From Alphaproteobacteria bacterium (GTDB lineage: Bacteria > Pseudomonadota > Alphaproteobacteria > UBA828): 64,000 bases of DNA. The notes beneath the pieces are model-generated. The model was not told where the DNA came from. It saw only the letters and a list, made by a program, of their open reading frames with translations, and did no database searches. Shown here piece after piece: positions 50,578-61,029 of the stretch; the stretch's first letter is position 1; each line of letters opens with the position of its first letter. A program made the position numbers and the translations under genes. The stretch spans positions 96,001-160,000 of the forward strand of contig CAXXVO010000011.1 in NCBI GenBank assembly GCA_963422645.2, read 5' to 3'.

Positions 50578-51975
50578 CTACTCCGACCACAGCCACTCGC
50601 CCGGCTCCTCCCGCACGCTGCGGTAGTACGCCTCCGGGTCGTACAAGTCGACCGGGAGGCCGAGCTGTTGCGCGGTCAACGCGCCGATCGCCGCCTTCAA
50701 CTGATAAGCGGCGACGATCTCCTCCCGCTGCGCCCGGACCAGGTTGATTTGCGCCTTGAAATGCTCCTGTTCCGCGTCCAGCACATCGAGCGTGGTGCGC
50801 AGGCCGACCCGCGTCTCCTGCTCGACGCCGTCCAGCGCGACAGCCGCCGCGGCCACCTGCGACTCGAACGCGGCGATCTGCGCCCGTGCCGAGGTGAGCG
50901 CCCGCCAGGCCTGGGCGACCATCTCCTGCACCGTGCGCCGGGACTCGTCCAACTCGAGGAGCCGCTGCGACGCAATCTGCTTGGATTGCCGAATGCGCGC
51001 ATTCGCGGCACCGCCCTGATAGAGAGGCACGCGCACGCTGGCCCTGATCGAGGCATCGGTGGTCTGATCGATGAGGTTCGAGTTGTCGAAGCGCTGCCGC
51101 AAATCGCCAACGATGGAGATCTGCGGCCTGAGCGCCGCAGATGCCGCCCCGATATCCGCCTGTGCCGCCTGGGCGATGAACGACGCCGCTGTGATCGAGG
51201 GGTTGGCGTCGTTGGCAGCGGCCAGCGCGTCCTCTTCGGATTCGGGCAGGCCCATGGGAACCGGCGGCCAGGAAAGCGTGCTCGGCACCTGACCTGTCAC
51301 CTGCTGATACATGGCGCGGGCGGACATCATGCCGCCCTCGGCCGCCACCCGTTCCGCACCCGCCTGTGCCAGCCGGGCCTCGGCCTGTGCCACATCGGTC
51401 CGCGTCACCTCGCCGACCTCGAGCCGGTCCATCGCGGCCTGAAGCCGGCGGCGCACCACTCTCTCGCTGCTGCGGCTGAGCTCGATCTCGGACAGAAAGC
51501 GGAGCACGTCCATGTAGGCGGTCACCGTGTCGAGCAGGATCGACTGCTCGACCGCCTGGAGCTGCGCCCGGCCAGCGTTGACCCGGTTCTCGGCCGAATC
51601 GATCTGCGCGGAGACCCGTCCGCCCTGGTAGAGGGGCGCGGTGGCCGTGAGCCCGACGCCGTGAGGGGCGGTGGTATGGCTCCCGGCGTTGGGAACCATG
51701 CCGTCGGTCCTGCTGTAGGAGGCGCCGATGTCGCCCGCGATCTCCACCGTGGGGCGCCAGCCAGCCAGTGCCGCCGGCACCTCCTCGTCCACCGCGCGAA
51801 GCCGGGCGCGCTGGGCCTGCAAGGCCGGGTTGTTCTGGTACGCGTACACGAGCGCGTCTTCCAGAGTCTGCGCGGCGGCGCCCTGAGTGAACGCCAACGC
51901 GCCAGCGAAGAGCGCGCCGGACAGGACGCCAAGCGCGATTGTTCCGATCGAGGAGTGCCGTCGTCTGCGAGTCAT
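50578..51975 (-). CDS. tolC: TolC-family outer membrane protein
   Basis: signal peptide; PLYQGG twice, GEVTRTDVAQA, GLRTTLDVLDAEQ. Confidence 0.93.
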   Translation of the reverse strand: MTRRRRHSSIGTIALGVLSGALFAGALAFTQGAAAQTLEDALVYAYQNNPALQAQRARLRAVDEEVPAALAGWRPTVEIAGDIGASYSRTDGMVPNAGSHTTAPHGVGLTATAPLYQGGRVSAQIDSAENRVNAGRAQLQAVEQSILLDTVTAYMDVLRFLSEIELSRSSERVVRRRLQAAMDRLEVGEVTRTDVAQAEARLAQAGAERVAAEGGMMSARAMYQQVTGQVPSTLSWPPVPMGLPESEEDALAAANDANPSITAASFIAQAAQADIGAASAALRPQISIVGDLRQRFDNSNLIDQTTDASIRASVRVPLYQGGAANARIRQSKQIASQRLLELDESRRTVQEMVAQAWRALTSARAQIAAFESQVAAAAVALDGVEQETRVGLRTTLDVLDAEQEHFKAQINLVRAQREEIVAAYQLKAAIGALTAQQLGLPVDLYDPEAYYRSVREEPGEWLWSE

Positions 51976-51987
51976 GGGCCGCTCCTT

Positions 51988-52317
51988 TCAGTAGGTCGGC
52001 ATGGCGGGATCGACCGTGCGAGCCCAGGCATCGATGCCGCCTTCCAGGTTGACCGCATTGTCGTAGCCGAGCCGCTGGAGCCATGCGGTGACCTGACCGC
52101 TCCGCTGGCCGTGGTGGCAAAGCACCACCAGCGGCCGATCCGCCGGCAGGGATTCGACCCGATCAGGCAGCTCGTTCATGGGGATTGTCATGGCCTCGGG
52201 CAGCGCACCGAGCGCCACCTCCCAGGGCTCGCGCACATCGAGCAGCGCGTAGGCCTCCGGCCCGGCGCGCAGCGCCGCGAAGTCCCCGACCGAGAGCGCC
52301 GGCACCTCTCCCTGCAT
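51988..52317 (-). CDS. rhodanese-like sulfurtransferase
   Basis: LDVREPWE, CHHGQRS, LEGGIDAW. Confidence 0.92.
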   Translation of the reverse strand: MQGEVPALSVGDFAALRAGPEAYALLDVREPWEVALGALPEAMTIPMNELPDRVESLPADRPLVVLCHHGQRSGQVTAWLQRLGYDNAVNLEGGIDAWARTVDPAMPTY

Positions 52318-52321
52318 GGAC

Positions 52322-52978
52322 CTAGAACTCGAATTGCGCCGGCCGGACGATGCCCGGAAGCGGCGGCAGCGACGCTTCGAACAGGGAGCGGCTGGAGAGC
52401 GCCCCCCGGTGCCGCGCCCAGAGGGTCGCCTGCCCCACCCTACCGGGCTCACGCACGACACCCACGATCCTGCCCGCCTCGGCAAGCTGGTCCGCCAGCG
52501 CCTGCGGCAGGTGATCGACCGCACCGCCAACCAGGATCACGTCGTAGGGCGCCTGCTCGTCAAAGCCGTCGGCGAGCGGGCCGGTCACGACGATCGCATT
52601 GTCGGCGCCGACGGCGCTCAACGCCTGTTCAGCCTCGGCCGCCAGCGATTTGTCGGTGTCCAGCGCGATCACGGTGCCCGCGAGGCGGGCCATGACCGCC
52701 GAGGCGTAGCCCGTGCCGCAACCGACATCGAGAACCATGTCACTCGCCCTGATCTCGGCCTCTTGCACCAGCCGCGCGAGCACCATCGGCTCCATCAGGT
52801 AGCGGCCGGAGGCGATCTCCACGTCCTCGTCCACATAAGCGACGCCTCGCTTGGCGCGCGGGACGAAGAGCTCGCGGGGTATCTCCTCCATCGCCTCGAT
52901 CAGCCGCTCATCGGTAACGCGGTTGGTCCTGATCTGGCCGGAGACCATGTTTTGGCGCGCGACGGCGTGGTCGATCAT
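52322..52978 (-). CDS. pcm: protein-L-isoaspartate O-methyltransferase
   Basis: ARQNMV..QIR, VLDVGCGTGY, APYDVI; pcm-rhodanese-tolC order. Confidence 0.92.
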   Translation of the reverse strand: MIDHAVARQNMVSGQIRTNRVTDERLIEAMEEIPRELFVPRAKRGVAYVDEDVEIASGRYLMEPMVLARLVQEAEIRASDMVLDVGCGTGYASAVMARLAGTVIALDTDKSLAAEAEQALSAVGADNAIVVTGPLADGFDEQAPYDVILVGGAVDHLPQALADQLAEAGRIVGVVREPGRVGQATLWARHRGALSSRSLFEASLPPLPGIVRPAQFEF

Positions 52979-53257
52979 CTGGTGGAAAATCCGTTGGAGA
53001 CAGGGGTTGCTATTTCATTCTAGTGCGTATTGCCGGCGAATGGCAACGCAACTGCAAAGGCGGCACAATGATCGAGACGCCGCAACATGACTCGACCGTG
53101 ACCAATACTTACAATATGTCGTAGCTATACCCGGCGTACCATCGCTATATATTGGTATTTCTGTCTAATGGTGCGCGCTGTTGGCCGAGAAATACTGTGG
53201 CACGACAGGGAGCCTTCGCCGCACTACGAAGGCGGCCATCGACCGCCGAGGCGTCGC

Positions 53258-54241
53258 TCAGCCCCGGCGGGCGCTACCCTTCGACTTTCGCTTCGGCGGC
53301 GGCCCCGAGGGACCCGCCACCAGGTTGCCCTTCTCGCTGAACAGGAAGCAGTGCTCGGGCGGGTAGCCCACCGTCTCACCCTCGCGCTCGATGTGCTCCG
53401 GCCAGATGGCCAGGGTGGCGCGCTCGCCGGCAGCCGCCTCGCCCCCCTCCCACGGAATTGTGAGGATGTCACCGTCCTTGAGACGCACGGTGATCGCGTC
53501 CGGCTCCGTGCCCATCACGCGCGCGGCGCGGAGTCTTGCACCCAGGAGCTTGGCGACCCGGCGGGAGGCGGGCCATTGGTGGATTCGCTTCGGACTGCCC
53601 ATTTGCAGCCTGCTACCTTCGTCGAGGACGACGACCCAGTCGGCGAGGTCGTCAAGGTCATCGACTGCGCCGGTGGCATAGACCACGGTGCGCCCGAACT
53701 CGTCCCTGAGCCGCTTCATCTCGCTGATTGCGAGCCTGCGCAGGACCGGGTCTTCCTCCGTCGGCAGCTCGAAGAGGTAGACCCCGGGGTCGCGCACCAG
53801 CGCGCGTGCAAGGCCGATCTTGTAGCACTGAACGTCGGTGAGCTTCTTGGGGCGCAGCGTGAGAAGGTCGGTGAGTTCGAAGTGCTCGCTCACGGCAAGC
53901 ACCCGCGCCTCGATGGTCTCCCGGTCGAAGCGGGCGATCCTGAGCGGATAGGCGATATTCTCCAAGGCCGTCTTGTGCGGCATCAGCGCGGCGGTGCGGA
54001 AGACCGTCGCCGCCTCCCGAATCCCGGCACTGTGCCCGAGCACGTCCTCGCCGTCGATCAGGATGGAGCCGCCTTGCGGTTTCTCGATCCCCGCGATGAC
54101 CTTGAGCGCCGTGAGGCGGCCCGACTCGTCATCGCCCAAGAGCGCGGTGATACGGCCCGACGGTGCTTTCAGACTCAACTCGTCGAGGATGATACGCCGG
54201 TGGTGCCAGCGATCGACTTTATTCAGCTCAAGCTCGGCCAT
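53258..54241 (-). CDS. MalK-like ABC ATPase homologue with degenerate catalytic motifs
   Basis: overall MalK layout (ALMPHKTALENIAYPL, ARALVRDP) but GDDESGRLT, LTDVQ, LFELP. Confidence 0.75.
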   Translation of the reverse strand: MAELELNKVDRWHHRRIILDELSLKAPSGRITALLGDDESGRLTALKVIAGIEKPQGGSILIDGEDVLGHSAGIREAATVFRTAALMPHKTALENIAYPLRIARFDRETIEARVLAVSEHFELTDLLTLRPKKLTDVQCYKIGLARALVRDPGVYLFELPTEEDPVLRRLAISEMKRLRDEFGRTVVYATGAVDDLDDLADWVVVLDEGSRLQMGSPKRIHQWPASRRVAKLLGARLRAARVMGTEPDAITVRLKDGDILTIPWEGGEAAAGERATLAIWPEHIEREGETVGYPPEHCFLFSEKGNLVAGPSGPPPKRKSKGSARRG

Positions 54242-54252
54242 TGCTCGCCCCG

Positions 54253-55299
54253 CTATACTTCGAGCACGATTTTGCCGAAGACTGCGCGCGCGGCAAGTCG
54301 TTCGTGGGCGGTGCGCATCTCGGCCAGAGGCAAAATCTCGCCGATCACCGGCCTGAGCTTGCCCTGCTCCATCAGGCGCAGGACCTCGTGGTTGGTCGAC
54401 TTCGGCGCGAAGTGGCAGCTCGTCATGGTAATCTGCTTGCGGAAAAACTCGATCATATCGATCTCGACCTTCTCGCCCGCATGCGCGCCGCAGGTGGCGA
54501 GCCGCCCGTTGAGCGCAAGTGCGTCAAGGCTCTGCTGTAGCACCGAACCGCCCACCATTTCGATACAAACATCGACGCCGCGGCCTTCGGTGAGATCGCG
54601 CACGGCGTCGCCGATCGCCGGCGTCTCATTGTAGTTGATGACCTCGTCTGCACCGAGCTGACGGGCACGCGCGAGCTTCTCGTCGGAGCCGGCGGTGGCG
54701 ATGATCCGCGCGCCCGCGACGCGCGCGCACTGGATCGCTGCCGAACCGACGCCGCTGCCGGCGGCGTTGATGAGCACGTCCTCGCCCTGGCGCACTTGCG
54801 CCTTCTTCACCACCAGCTCCCAGGCCGTGGCGAAGGCGACCTGCCCCGCTGCTGCGTCGAGCGCCGAGACGCCGTCGGGAATTCGGAGCACGTTGTGGTG
54901 GGAGACCGTCACGTATTCGGCGTAGGTGCCCCAGCAGGTCACGCCCAGCTTCTCGAAATCTAGGCAGATGTTGTCCATGCCGAGGGCGCAGTTGCACACC
55001 CTGTGCCGGCAGAGGCCGGACGTGATCGTGAGGAAGGGCATGACGCGGTCGCCGGGGCGAAAGGCGCTTACCGCGCTGCCGGTCTCTGCGACCGTGCCGG
55101 CGCCCTCCACGCCCAAAATGTGCGGCATGTCGAGGCTGAGATAGCCGGAGATGCCGTCGCAGACGTCGAGGTCGAAATGGTTGAGGCCCACCGTCTCGAG
55201 GTTGATGAGGACGTCATCGGGGCCGACCGCCGGCGTCTCGATGTCCTCGCAGACGAGCTCCTCCGGCCCGCCGTGGCGGTGGATGACGACCGCCTTCAT
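54253..55299 (-). CDS. zinc-binding alcohol dehydrogenase/quinone reductase (MDR family)
   Basis: HGGPE, PHILGVEGAG, AAGSGVG, FGKIVL. Confidence 0.92.
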   Translation of the reverse strand: MKAVVIHRHGGPEELVCEDIETPAVGPDDVLINLETVGLNHFDLDVCDGISGYLSLDMPHILGVEGAGTVAETGSAVSAFRPGDRVMPFLTITSGLCRHRVCNCALGMDNICLDFEKLGVTCWGTYAEYVTVSHHNVLRIPDGVSALDAAAGQVAFATAWELVVKKAQVRQGEDVLINAAGSGVGSAAIQCARVAGARIIATAGSDEKLARARQLGADEVINYNETPAIGDAVRDLTEGRGVDVCIEMVGGSVLQQSLDALALNGRLATCGAHAGEKVEIDMIEFFRKQITMTSCHFAPKSTNHEVLRLMEQGKLRPVIGEILPLAEMRTAHERLAARAVFGKIVLEV

Positions 55300-55805
55300 G
55301 CCTGTGCGCTCCCTTTGGCTGCGGGTCGCCGCCTTGCCCCGGGATACTCGGCGTCGGCCACCCTCTCGCTCTGGTCCGCGTCGGGCGGACCCTTGAGCTC
55401 CACCGTATTGCCGTCCGGGTCGGTGAGGTAGAGCGAGGGCCCGTGGCCGTCGGCGCCGTAGCGCCGCGCGATCTCGCCCGCCTCGACGCCGCGTCGCTTG
55501 AAATAGCGGCGGAGCTTCTGCTCGTCGAAGGCGGCGAGCTTGAGAGCGAAGTGCTCCATGTTGCGCCGCGTCTTGCCCGGCGCGCCCCCGCCGGGTTTGC
55601 CGGCCTTGCTCGCAACGGGAACCAGGTCGATCAGGTTTGTACCCGCGCGCAGCTGGTAGAGCCCGAAGTTCTCGATCCGGCGCTCGACCGTACAGCCGAG
55701 CACCCGCCGGTACCACGCCAGCGAGGCCTCGATGTCCGCAACCCGGAGCACGACGTGGTCGAGGCCCAATACGTCGACGGGGCTCGGGCGCGCGGCGGAA
55801 GGCAC
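55296..55805 (-). CDS. VOC/glyoxalase family protein
   Basis: LDHVVLRV, RYGADG.GPSLYLTDPDGNTVELK. Confidence 0.9.
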   Translation of the reverse strand: MPSAARPSPVDVLGLDHVVLRVADIEASLAWYRRVLGCTVERRIENFGLYQLRAGTNLIDLVPVASKAGKPGGGAPGKTRRNMEHFALKLAAFDEQKLRRYFKRRGVEAGEIARRYGADGHGPSLYLTDPDGNTVELKGPPDADQSERVADAEYPGARRRPAAKGSAQA

Positions 55806-55842
55806 GGTCTCTCCTTGGTCTCGGATGGGTACGGTGCGGCGC

Positions 55843-56673
55843 TCAGGCTGCGATCAGCCGGGCGCTCTGGCGCTCGCGCGGGGTCTCCCGCATCACCGCG
55901 GCCATGTCGGGCTGGTCGTCGGCGCCGAAGGGCGTGAGATGGCGGCCGGTGAACGAGACTTCCAGGCCATCGTCACGGAAGGGATAGGGGTCGAGGCTGT
56001 ATACGCCGTCGCCGAGCGCCCGAACCTCGATATCGACATCGTCGGCGACGCCGCGCGGCACGTTGGCGAAGGTGCTCTCCCCGCGCCCTTCAGCGTGGAC
56101 GCAGTTGAAGTAGAGGGCGAAGGTGTCGAAGAACTGCAGCGCCTTGTAGTTGGCGAAGAGCTGCTCGTGCTCGACCCAGGGCGCGGTCTCGGGATCGTCC
56201 TGCAGCACGGCGGTGAGGCGCTCCTGCCGCTGGCTCTCGGTGCTCAGCATGGTCTCGGCGGCGAGCCGATGCTCTTGCGGCACGATGTCGATCAGCACCT
56301 TGTCCGAGAGGCCGTAGCGCCCGTTGTAGAGGCCCCAGATGTGCATGCTGTCCAGCAGCCCGCAATAGGCGTGGTGCGCCTCGTTGTACTCGGGCGAGCG
56401 GCAGCCGGTCAGCGTGATAATGGGGATCGGCGTCTCCACCAGGTTGTAAGGCAGCCCGGTCTTGGGATCGAGAGGCGGGTTGTCGTCGAGATCCTTCCAG
56501 CCCTTGTCGTGCCAGCGGCAGGCATAGAGGAAGTAGTCGCGCGGCTCGGGCTGAGCGAAGCTGTCGTTCCCGAAATTCTCGGCGAATTGGCTCGCGAGCT
56601 GGAGATGCTCGTCGAGAGTGATGGCGAAGCGAGCGCTGTCCTGCCGTGCTTCTGCCTGGGTCTGGATGATCAT
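55843..56673 (-). CDS. DUF3891-like protein
   Basis: H..LA..FA..FGN, HDKGW, GLPYN, LLDSMH, LDPYPF. Confidence 0.7.
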   Translation of the reverse strand: MIIQTQAEARQDSARFAITLDEHLQLASQFAENFGNDSFAQPEPRDYFLYACRWHDKGWKDLDDNPPLDPKTGLPYNLVETPIPIITLTGCRSPEYNEAHHAYCGLLDSMHIWGLYNGRYGLSDKVLIDIVPQEHRLAAETMLSTESQRQERLTAVLQDDPETAPWVEHEQLFANYKALQFFDTFALYFNCVHAEGRGESTFANVPRGVADDVDIEVRALGDGVYSLDPYPFRDDGLEVSFTGRHLTPFGADDQPDMAAVMRETPRERQSARLIAA

Positions 56674-56775
56674 GGCGTCCCCCCTGCGTTCCCATCGATC
56701 GCAATGGCGGCAAGGCTTGCGCGACCCTATCAAAGGCACGGGAGCGAGTCACGGCGGGCAGAAGCGATGGACGCG

Positions 56776-58995
56776 TCACATGAAGCTGTGGGGGTCGATG
56801 TCCACCTGGAGGCGCGCGCGGGCACGCCGGTCGAGCGCGGTGAGCCATCTCCTGAGATGCGGTTGGAGCAGCACGCCGCGCGGCGCCTTGAAGAGGAGGC
56901 GAAAGCGATGGCGGCCGCGCAAGAGCTTGAGCGGTGCCGGCGCAGGGCCGAGCACCTGGATGCCGAGCGTCTTCTCTTCGGCGCGCGCGGTGCGTGCGAG
57001 GGCCGACGCGGCGCGTAGGGTCTCGGACTCGCTGGGGCCGGCGGCGATGACCGCCACGAGCCGGCCGAAGGGCGGCAGGCCGTGGGCTTCGCGGGCGGCT
57101 GCCTCCTGCGCCATGAAGGAATCGCGGTCGCCGGCGGCGAGCGCCTCGATCACCGGGTGCTCGGCGGCGTAGGTCTGAAGCACCACCCGGCCGGGGCGCC
57201 CGCCGCGCCCGGCGCGCCCGCCCACCTGGTGAAGCAACTGGTAGGTGCGCTCGGCGGCGCGCATGTCGCCCCCCGCGAGGCCCAAGTCAGCGTCCACCAC
57301 ACCCACAAGGGTGAGCTGGGGGAAATGGTGTCCCTTGGCCACCATTTGAGTGCCGATCAGCACGTCGATCTCGTGGTTCACGACGGCATCGACCAGATCC
57401 TGGACCTGACTGGGACCGCGCACCGTATCGCTGGTCAACACCACCCAGCGGGCGCCGGGGAAGGCCTCGTCCACCTCCTCGGCGAGCCGCTCTACCCCCG
57501 GCCCGCAGGCCGCGAAGCTCCCCTCCGCCTCGCAGGCAGGGCAAGCCTCGGGCTGCGCGCGCTGGAGCCCGCAATGGTGGCAGTCGAGGGTGCCGGCGAA
57601 GCGGTGCTCGACCAGCCAGGCGCTGCAATTCGGGCAGTGGAAGCGGTGGCCGCAGGCGCGGCAGAGCGTGAGCGGCGCGTATCCCCGCCGGTTGAGGAAG
57701 AGCAACGCCTGCTCGCCGGCGTCCAGGGTCTCGGCGAGAGCCACGCGCAGAGCCGGTGCCAGCCAGGTGCCGCGCGCCGGCGGCGTCTCACGCAGGTCGA
57801 CGGTCTCGATCGCCGGCAACTGTGCGCCACCGTGCCGGTCCGGCAGGCGCTCGCATCGGTAGCGGCCATTCTCGACGTTGACCACCGTCTCCAGCGAGGG
57901 CGTGGCCGTCGCCAGCACGATCGGGCAGCCCTCGAAGCGGGCGCGCACCACCGCCATGTCGCGGGCGTGGTAGACGACGCCGTCCTCCTGCTTGAAGGCG
58001 GTGTCGTGCTCCTCGTCGACCACGATGAGACCGAGACTGCGGAAGGGCAGCCAGAGCGACGAGCGCGCACCGACCACCACCGGCGCCCTGCCCTCGGCGA
58101 CGGCGCGCCAGGTCTCGCGCCGCTGGCGCGTGCCAAGCTCGGAGTGCCAGACCGCAGGGTCGGCGCCGAAGCGTTCGCGAAAGCGCGCGAGCCATTGGGC
58201 GCTGAGCGCGATCTCGGGCAGCATCACCAGCACCTGATGACCTCGATCGAGCGCGGCCGCGATGGCCTCGAAATAGACCTCGGTCTTGCCGGAGCCAGTC
58301 ACACCGTCGAGGACGGTGACCGAGAACGCCTGGGCGGCGACCGCCTGCCGCAACGCCTCGGCGGCGGCTCCCTGCGCCTGGGACAAGACGGGACCCGCCC
58401 GGGACGTGTCGGGACGGCCGAATGCCGCGACCTCCCGCATCGTGACCGCCTCGATCGCGCCGAGGGTGGCCAGGCCGCGCACCACGCCTGCGCTCACGCC
58501 GGCCTCGCGCGCGATCTCGGTGGCGATGCGCGGGGGCCCCTTCTGCAGCAGCGCGATGACGCGCTCCCGCGCCGCCGTCATGCGCGGCGCCTCGCCCTGC
58601 CCCAGCCGATAGGCGGTGCGCACCGGCGGCGACTCCACGGCGCCGGGGACGCTCATCGCCATGCGAAGAACGGACCCCCGGTTGGTCAATGTGTATTCGG
58701 CCGTCCAGTCGACCAGTTGCCGGAGCGGCTCGGTCATCGGCGGTGTTTCCAGCACTGCGGTCACCGGCTTGAGGCGGGCTGGATCGACGTCGCCTTCCCC
58801 CTTGCCCCAGACCACGCCGACACGCTCCAAACGGCCAAGGGGCACGCGCACGAAAGCGCCGGGAGCCACGGCGGGCGCGAGATCGGCAGGCACTGCGTAG
58901 TCGTAGGCGCGCTCCAGCGGCAGCGGCATGAGGACGGCGACGGTCTTGTGCGCGCCCTCCTGGCCCCCGCCTCCGCCCTCGGCCGACCCGCTCAC
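56776..58995 (-). CDS. priA: primosomal protein N'
   Basis: GVTGSGKTEVY, DEEHD, LNRRGY, four CxxC, QVGGRAGR; start uncertain. Confidence 0.96.
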   Translation of the reverse strand: MSGSAEGGGGGQEGAHKTVAVLMPLPLERAYDYAVPADLAPAVAPGAFVRVPLGRLERVGVVWGKGEGDVDPARLKPVTAVLETPPMTEPLRQLVDWTAEYTLTNRGSVLRMAMSVPGAVESPPVRTAYRLGQGEAPRMTAARERVIALLQKGPPRIATEIAREAGVSAGVVRGLATLGAIEAVTMREVAAFGRPDTSRAGPVLSQAQGAAAEALRQAVAAQAFSVTVLDGVTGSGKTEVYFEAIAAALDRGHQVLVMLPEIALSAQWLARFRERFGADPAVWHSELGTRQRRETWRAVAEGRAPVVVGARSSLWLPFRSLGLIVVDEEHDTAFKQEDGVVYHARDMAVVRARFEGCPIVLATATPSLETVVNVENGRYRCERLPDRHGGAQLPAIETVDLRETPPARGTWLAPALRVALAETLDAGEQALLFLNRRGYAPLTLCRACGHRFHCPNCSAWLVEHRFAGTLDCHHCGLQRAQPEACPACEAEGSFAACGPGVERLAEEVDEAFPGARWVVLTSDTVRGPSQVQDLVDAVVNHEIDVLIGTQMVAKGHHFPQLTLVGVVDADLGLAGGDMRAAERTYQLLHQVGGRAGRGGRPGRVVLQTYAAEHPVIEALAAGDRDSFMAQEAAAREAHGLPPFGRLVAVIAAGPSESETLRAASALARTARAEEKTLGIQVLGPAPAPLKLLRGRHRFRLLFKAPRGVLLQPHLRRWLTALDRRARARLQVDIDPHSFM

Positions 58996-59195
58996 GGCGC
59001 CCTGCCGGCGGCGGCGCGATGGAAAGGGCGCATCGGACGTGCTAAGAGGCCGACCCAATTCGCCGCTGGCCCGAAGCCGATTCGAGTCGTGGATGCTGCG
59101 CTCATGCTTTCGTCCTGCATCACTCGCGCGACGGCGTCCAGCCCGATGACTCAAGAGGCCGGCGTCGGCTGGCAACTCTCGCACGGAGCGGTGGC

Positions 59196-59858
59196 ATGAA
59201 GTTTTTCGTGGATACGGCGGACATCGCCGAGATCGAGGATCTCTCCGCGACCGGCTTGCTCGACGGAGTGACCACCAATCCCTCGCTCATCGCCAAGAGC
59301 GGCGGCGACTTTTTCGAGGTGATCCGGAACATTTGCGACATCGTGCCGGGGCCGGTGAGTGCCGAGGTCACTGCGACCGACGCTGAGACCATGCTCTCGG
59401 AAGGTCGCACCCTAGCCGCCATCGCGCCCAACGTCGCGGTCAAGGTGCCGCTCACCTGGGACGGGCTCAAGGCCTGCCGCGCGCTCAGCCAGGGCGGCAC
59501 CAAGGTCAACGTCACCCTCTGCTTCTCGCCCTCCCAGGCGTTGCTGGCGGCGAAGGCCGGCGCCGCCTTCATCTCGCCCTTTGTCGGCCGTCTCGACGAT
59601 ATCAGCCAGGACGGCATGGGCCTGATCCGCGAGATCGCGACGATCTATCGCGCCTATCCCGACACCATCGGCACCGAGATCCTGGTGGCTTCGATCCGCC
59701 ACCCGCTCCACGTCGTGGAGGCCGCGAAACTCGGCGCCGACGTGGCGACGCTACCGCCGGCAGTGCTGCGCAAGCTCGCGAGCCACCCGCTCACCGACAA
59801 GGGCCTCGACGCCTTCCTCGCCGACTGGCAGAAAACGGGGCAGTCGATCCTGCCATGA
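59196..59858 (+). CDS. tal: transaldolase / fructose-6-phosphate aldolase
   Basis: [32 protein letters not shown]. Confidence 0.95.
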   Translation: MKFFVDTADIAEIEDLSATGLLDGVTTNPSLIAKSGGDFFEVIRNICDIVPGPVSAEVTATDAETMLSEGRTLAAIAPNVAVKVPLTWDGLKACRALSQGGTKVNVTLCFSPSQALLAAKAGAAFISPFVGRLDDISQDGMGLIREIATIYRAYPDTIGTEILVASIRHPLHVVEAAKLGADVATLPPAVLRKLASHPLTDKGLDAFLADWQKTGQSILP

Positions 59859-60802
59859 CCAGCCCTCTACCGGCCGCAGCCGACCTGGCGACGGCGGTGG
59901 AGACCTGGCTCGGCCGCCTCGCCGACGAGCGGCGACGCTCCGACAACACCGTCGCTGCCTACCGGCGCGACCTCAACGACTTCCTGGGCTTTCTGGCTGA
60001 GCATCGGGGCGAGGCACCCAACCTCGCTGTGCTCGGCGCGCTCGGCGTGCGCGACGTGCGCGCCTGGCTCGCGCGCCGGGCGGCGGAAGGCTACGCGAAG
60101 ACCTCCACCGCACGGGCGCTATCGGCGGTCCGAGTCTTTTTCCGTTTTCTGGAACGCGAGGGCGTTCCCGTGTCCTCGGCGCTCTCTCTGGTGCGCGCGC
60201 CGAAGACGCCGCGCGGCGTGCCGCGCCCGCTCACCGAGAGCCAGGCCAAGGCCGTCGTCGAGCTGAAGGGGGGGAGCGGCGGGCCGCCCGACTGGACCGC
60301 CCGCCGGGATACCGCGGTGCTGCTACTGCTCTACGGCTGCGGGCTCCGCATCGGCGAGGCGTTGGGGCTGGACCGCGCCGATATGCCGGCAGAGGGCGCT
60401 GCTCCGCGCAGCCTGATGATTACCGGAAAGGGCGGCAAGGAGCGGGTGGTGCCGGTGCTGCCCGTCGTTGCCGAGGCAATCGCAGACTACCTCGCGGCCT
60501 GCCCGCACCGGCTGGAGCCGGAGGATCCGCTCTTCGTCGGCGTGCGGGGCAAGCGGCTTCAGCCCCGCCTGGTGCAGCACACGATGGCGCGGCTGCGCGG
60601 TGCGCTCGGCCTGCCGGCATCGGCGACACCGCACGCGCTCCGCCACAGCTTCGCCACCCACCTGCTCGCAGGCGGTGGCGACCTGCGCACGATCCAGGAG
60701 TTGCTCGGCCACGCGAGCCTCTCCACCACACAGCGCTACACCGAAGTCGACGAAGCCGGGCTCCTCGCGGCCTACACGGCAGCGCACCCGAGGGCGGGCT
60801 GA
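59855..60802 (+). CDS. xerC: tyrosine recombinase XerC
   Basis: [35 protein letters not shown]; priA-tal-xerC synteny. Confidence 0.93.
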   Translation: MTSPLPAAADLATAVETWLGRLADERRRSDNTVAAYRRDLNDFLGFLAEHRGEAPNLAVLGALGVRDVRAWLARRAAEGYAKTSTARALSAVRVFFRFLEREGVPVSSALSLVRAPKTPRGVPRPLTESQAKAVVELKGGSGGPPDWTARRDTAVLLLLYGCGLRIGEALGLDRADMPAEGAAPRSLMITGKGGKERVVPVLPVVAEAIADYLAACPHRLEPEDPLFVGVRGKRLQPRLVQHTMARLRGALGLPASATPHALRHSFATHLLAGGGDLRTIQELLGHASLSTTQRYTEVDEAGLLAAYTAAHPRAG

Positions 60803-61029
60803 AGGCCTGCCCCGGCGCCGGGCGGCGCCGGGCTCAGACGATCGCGCTCAGGCGGCCCGCGCCGGCTTTAGCGATTCGTAACTACCCAGGTACCCCGCCG
60901 CCAGTTCTGAGTGCGTGCTGATGTTGCTTGCCGTCGGTGCCGTTTCGCCGTCGGCGCGTCGTTGATCCCCGCTTGACTGTATAGGTTCTCTCGCCTATGG
61001 GTTGCACTCTCGCATGAGAGGAGCAGCCG

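Noticed and set aside
52979-53257. AT-rich intergenic region upstream of pcm where a tRNA might be expected
   Set aside because: No cloverleaf or T-loop (GTTCGA) motif visible
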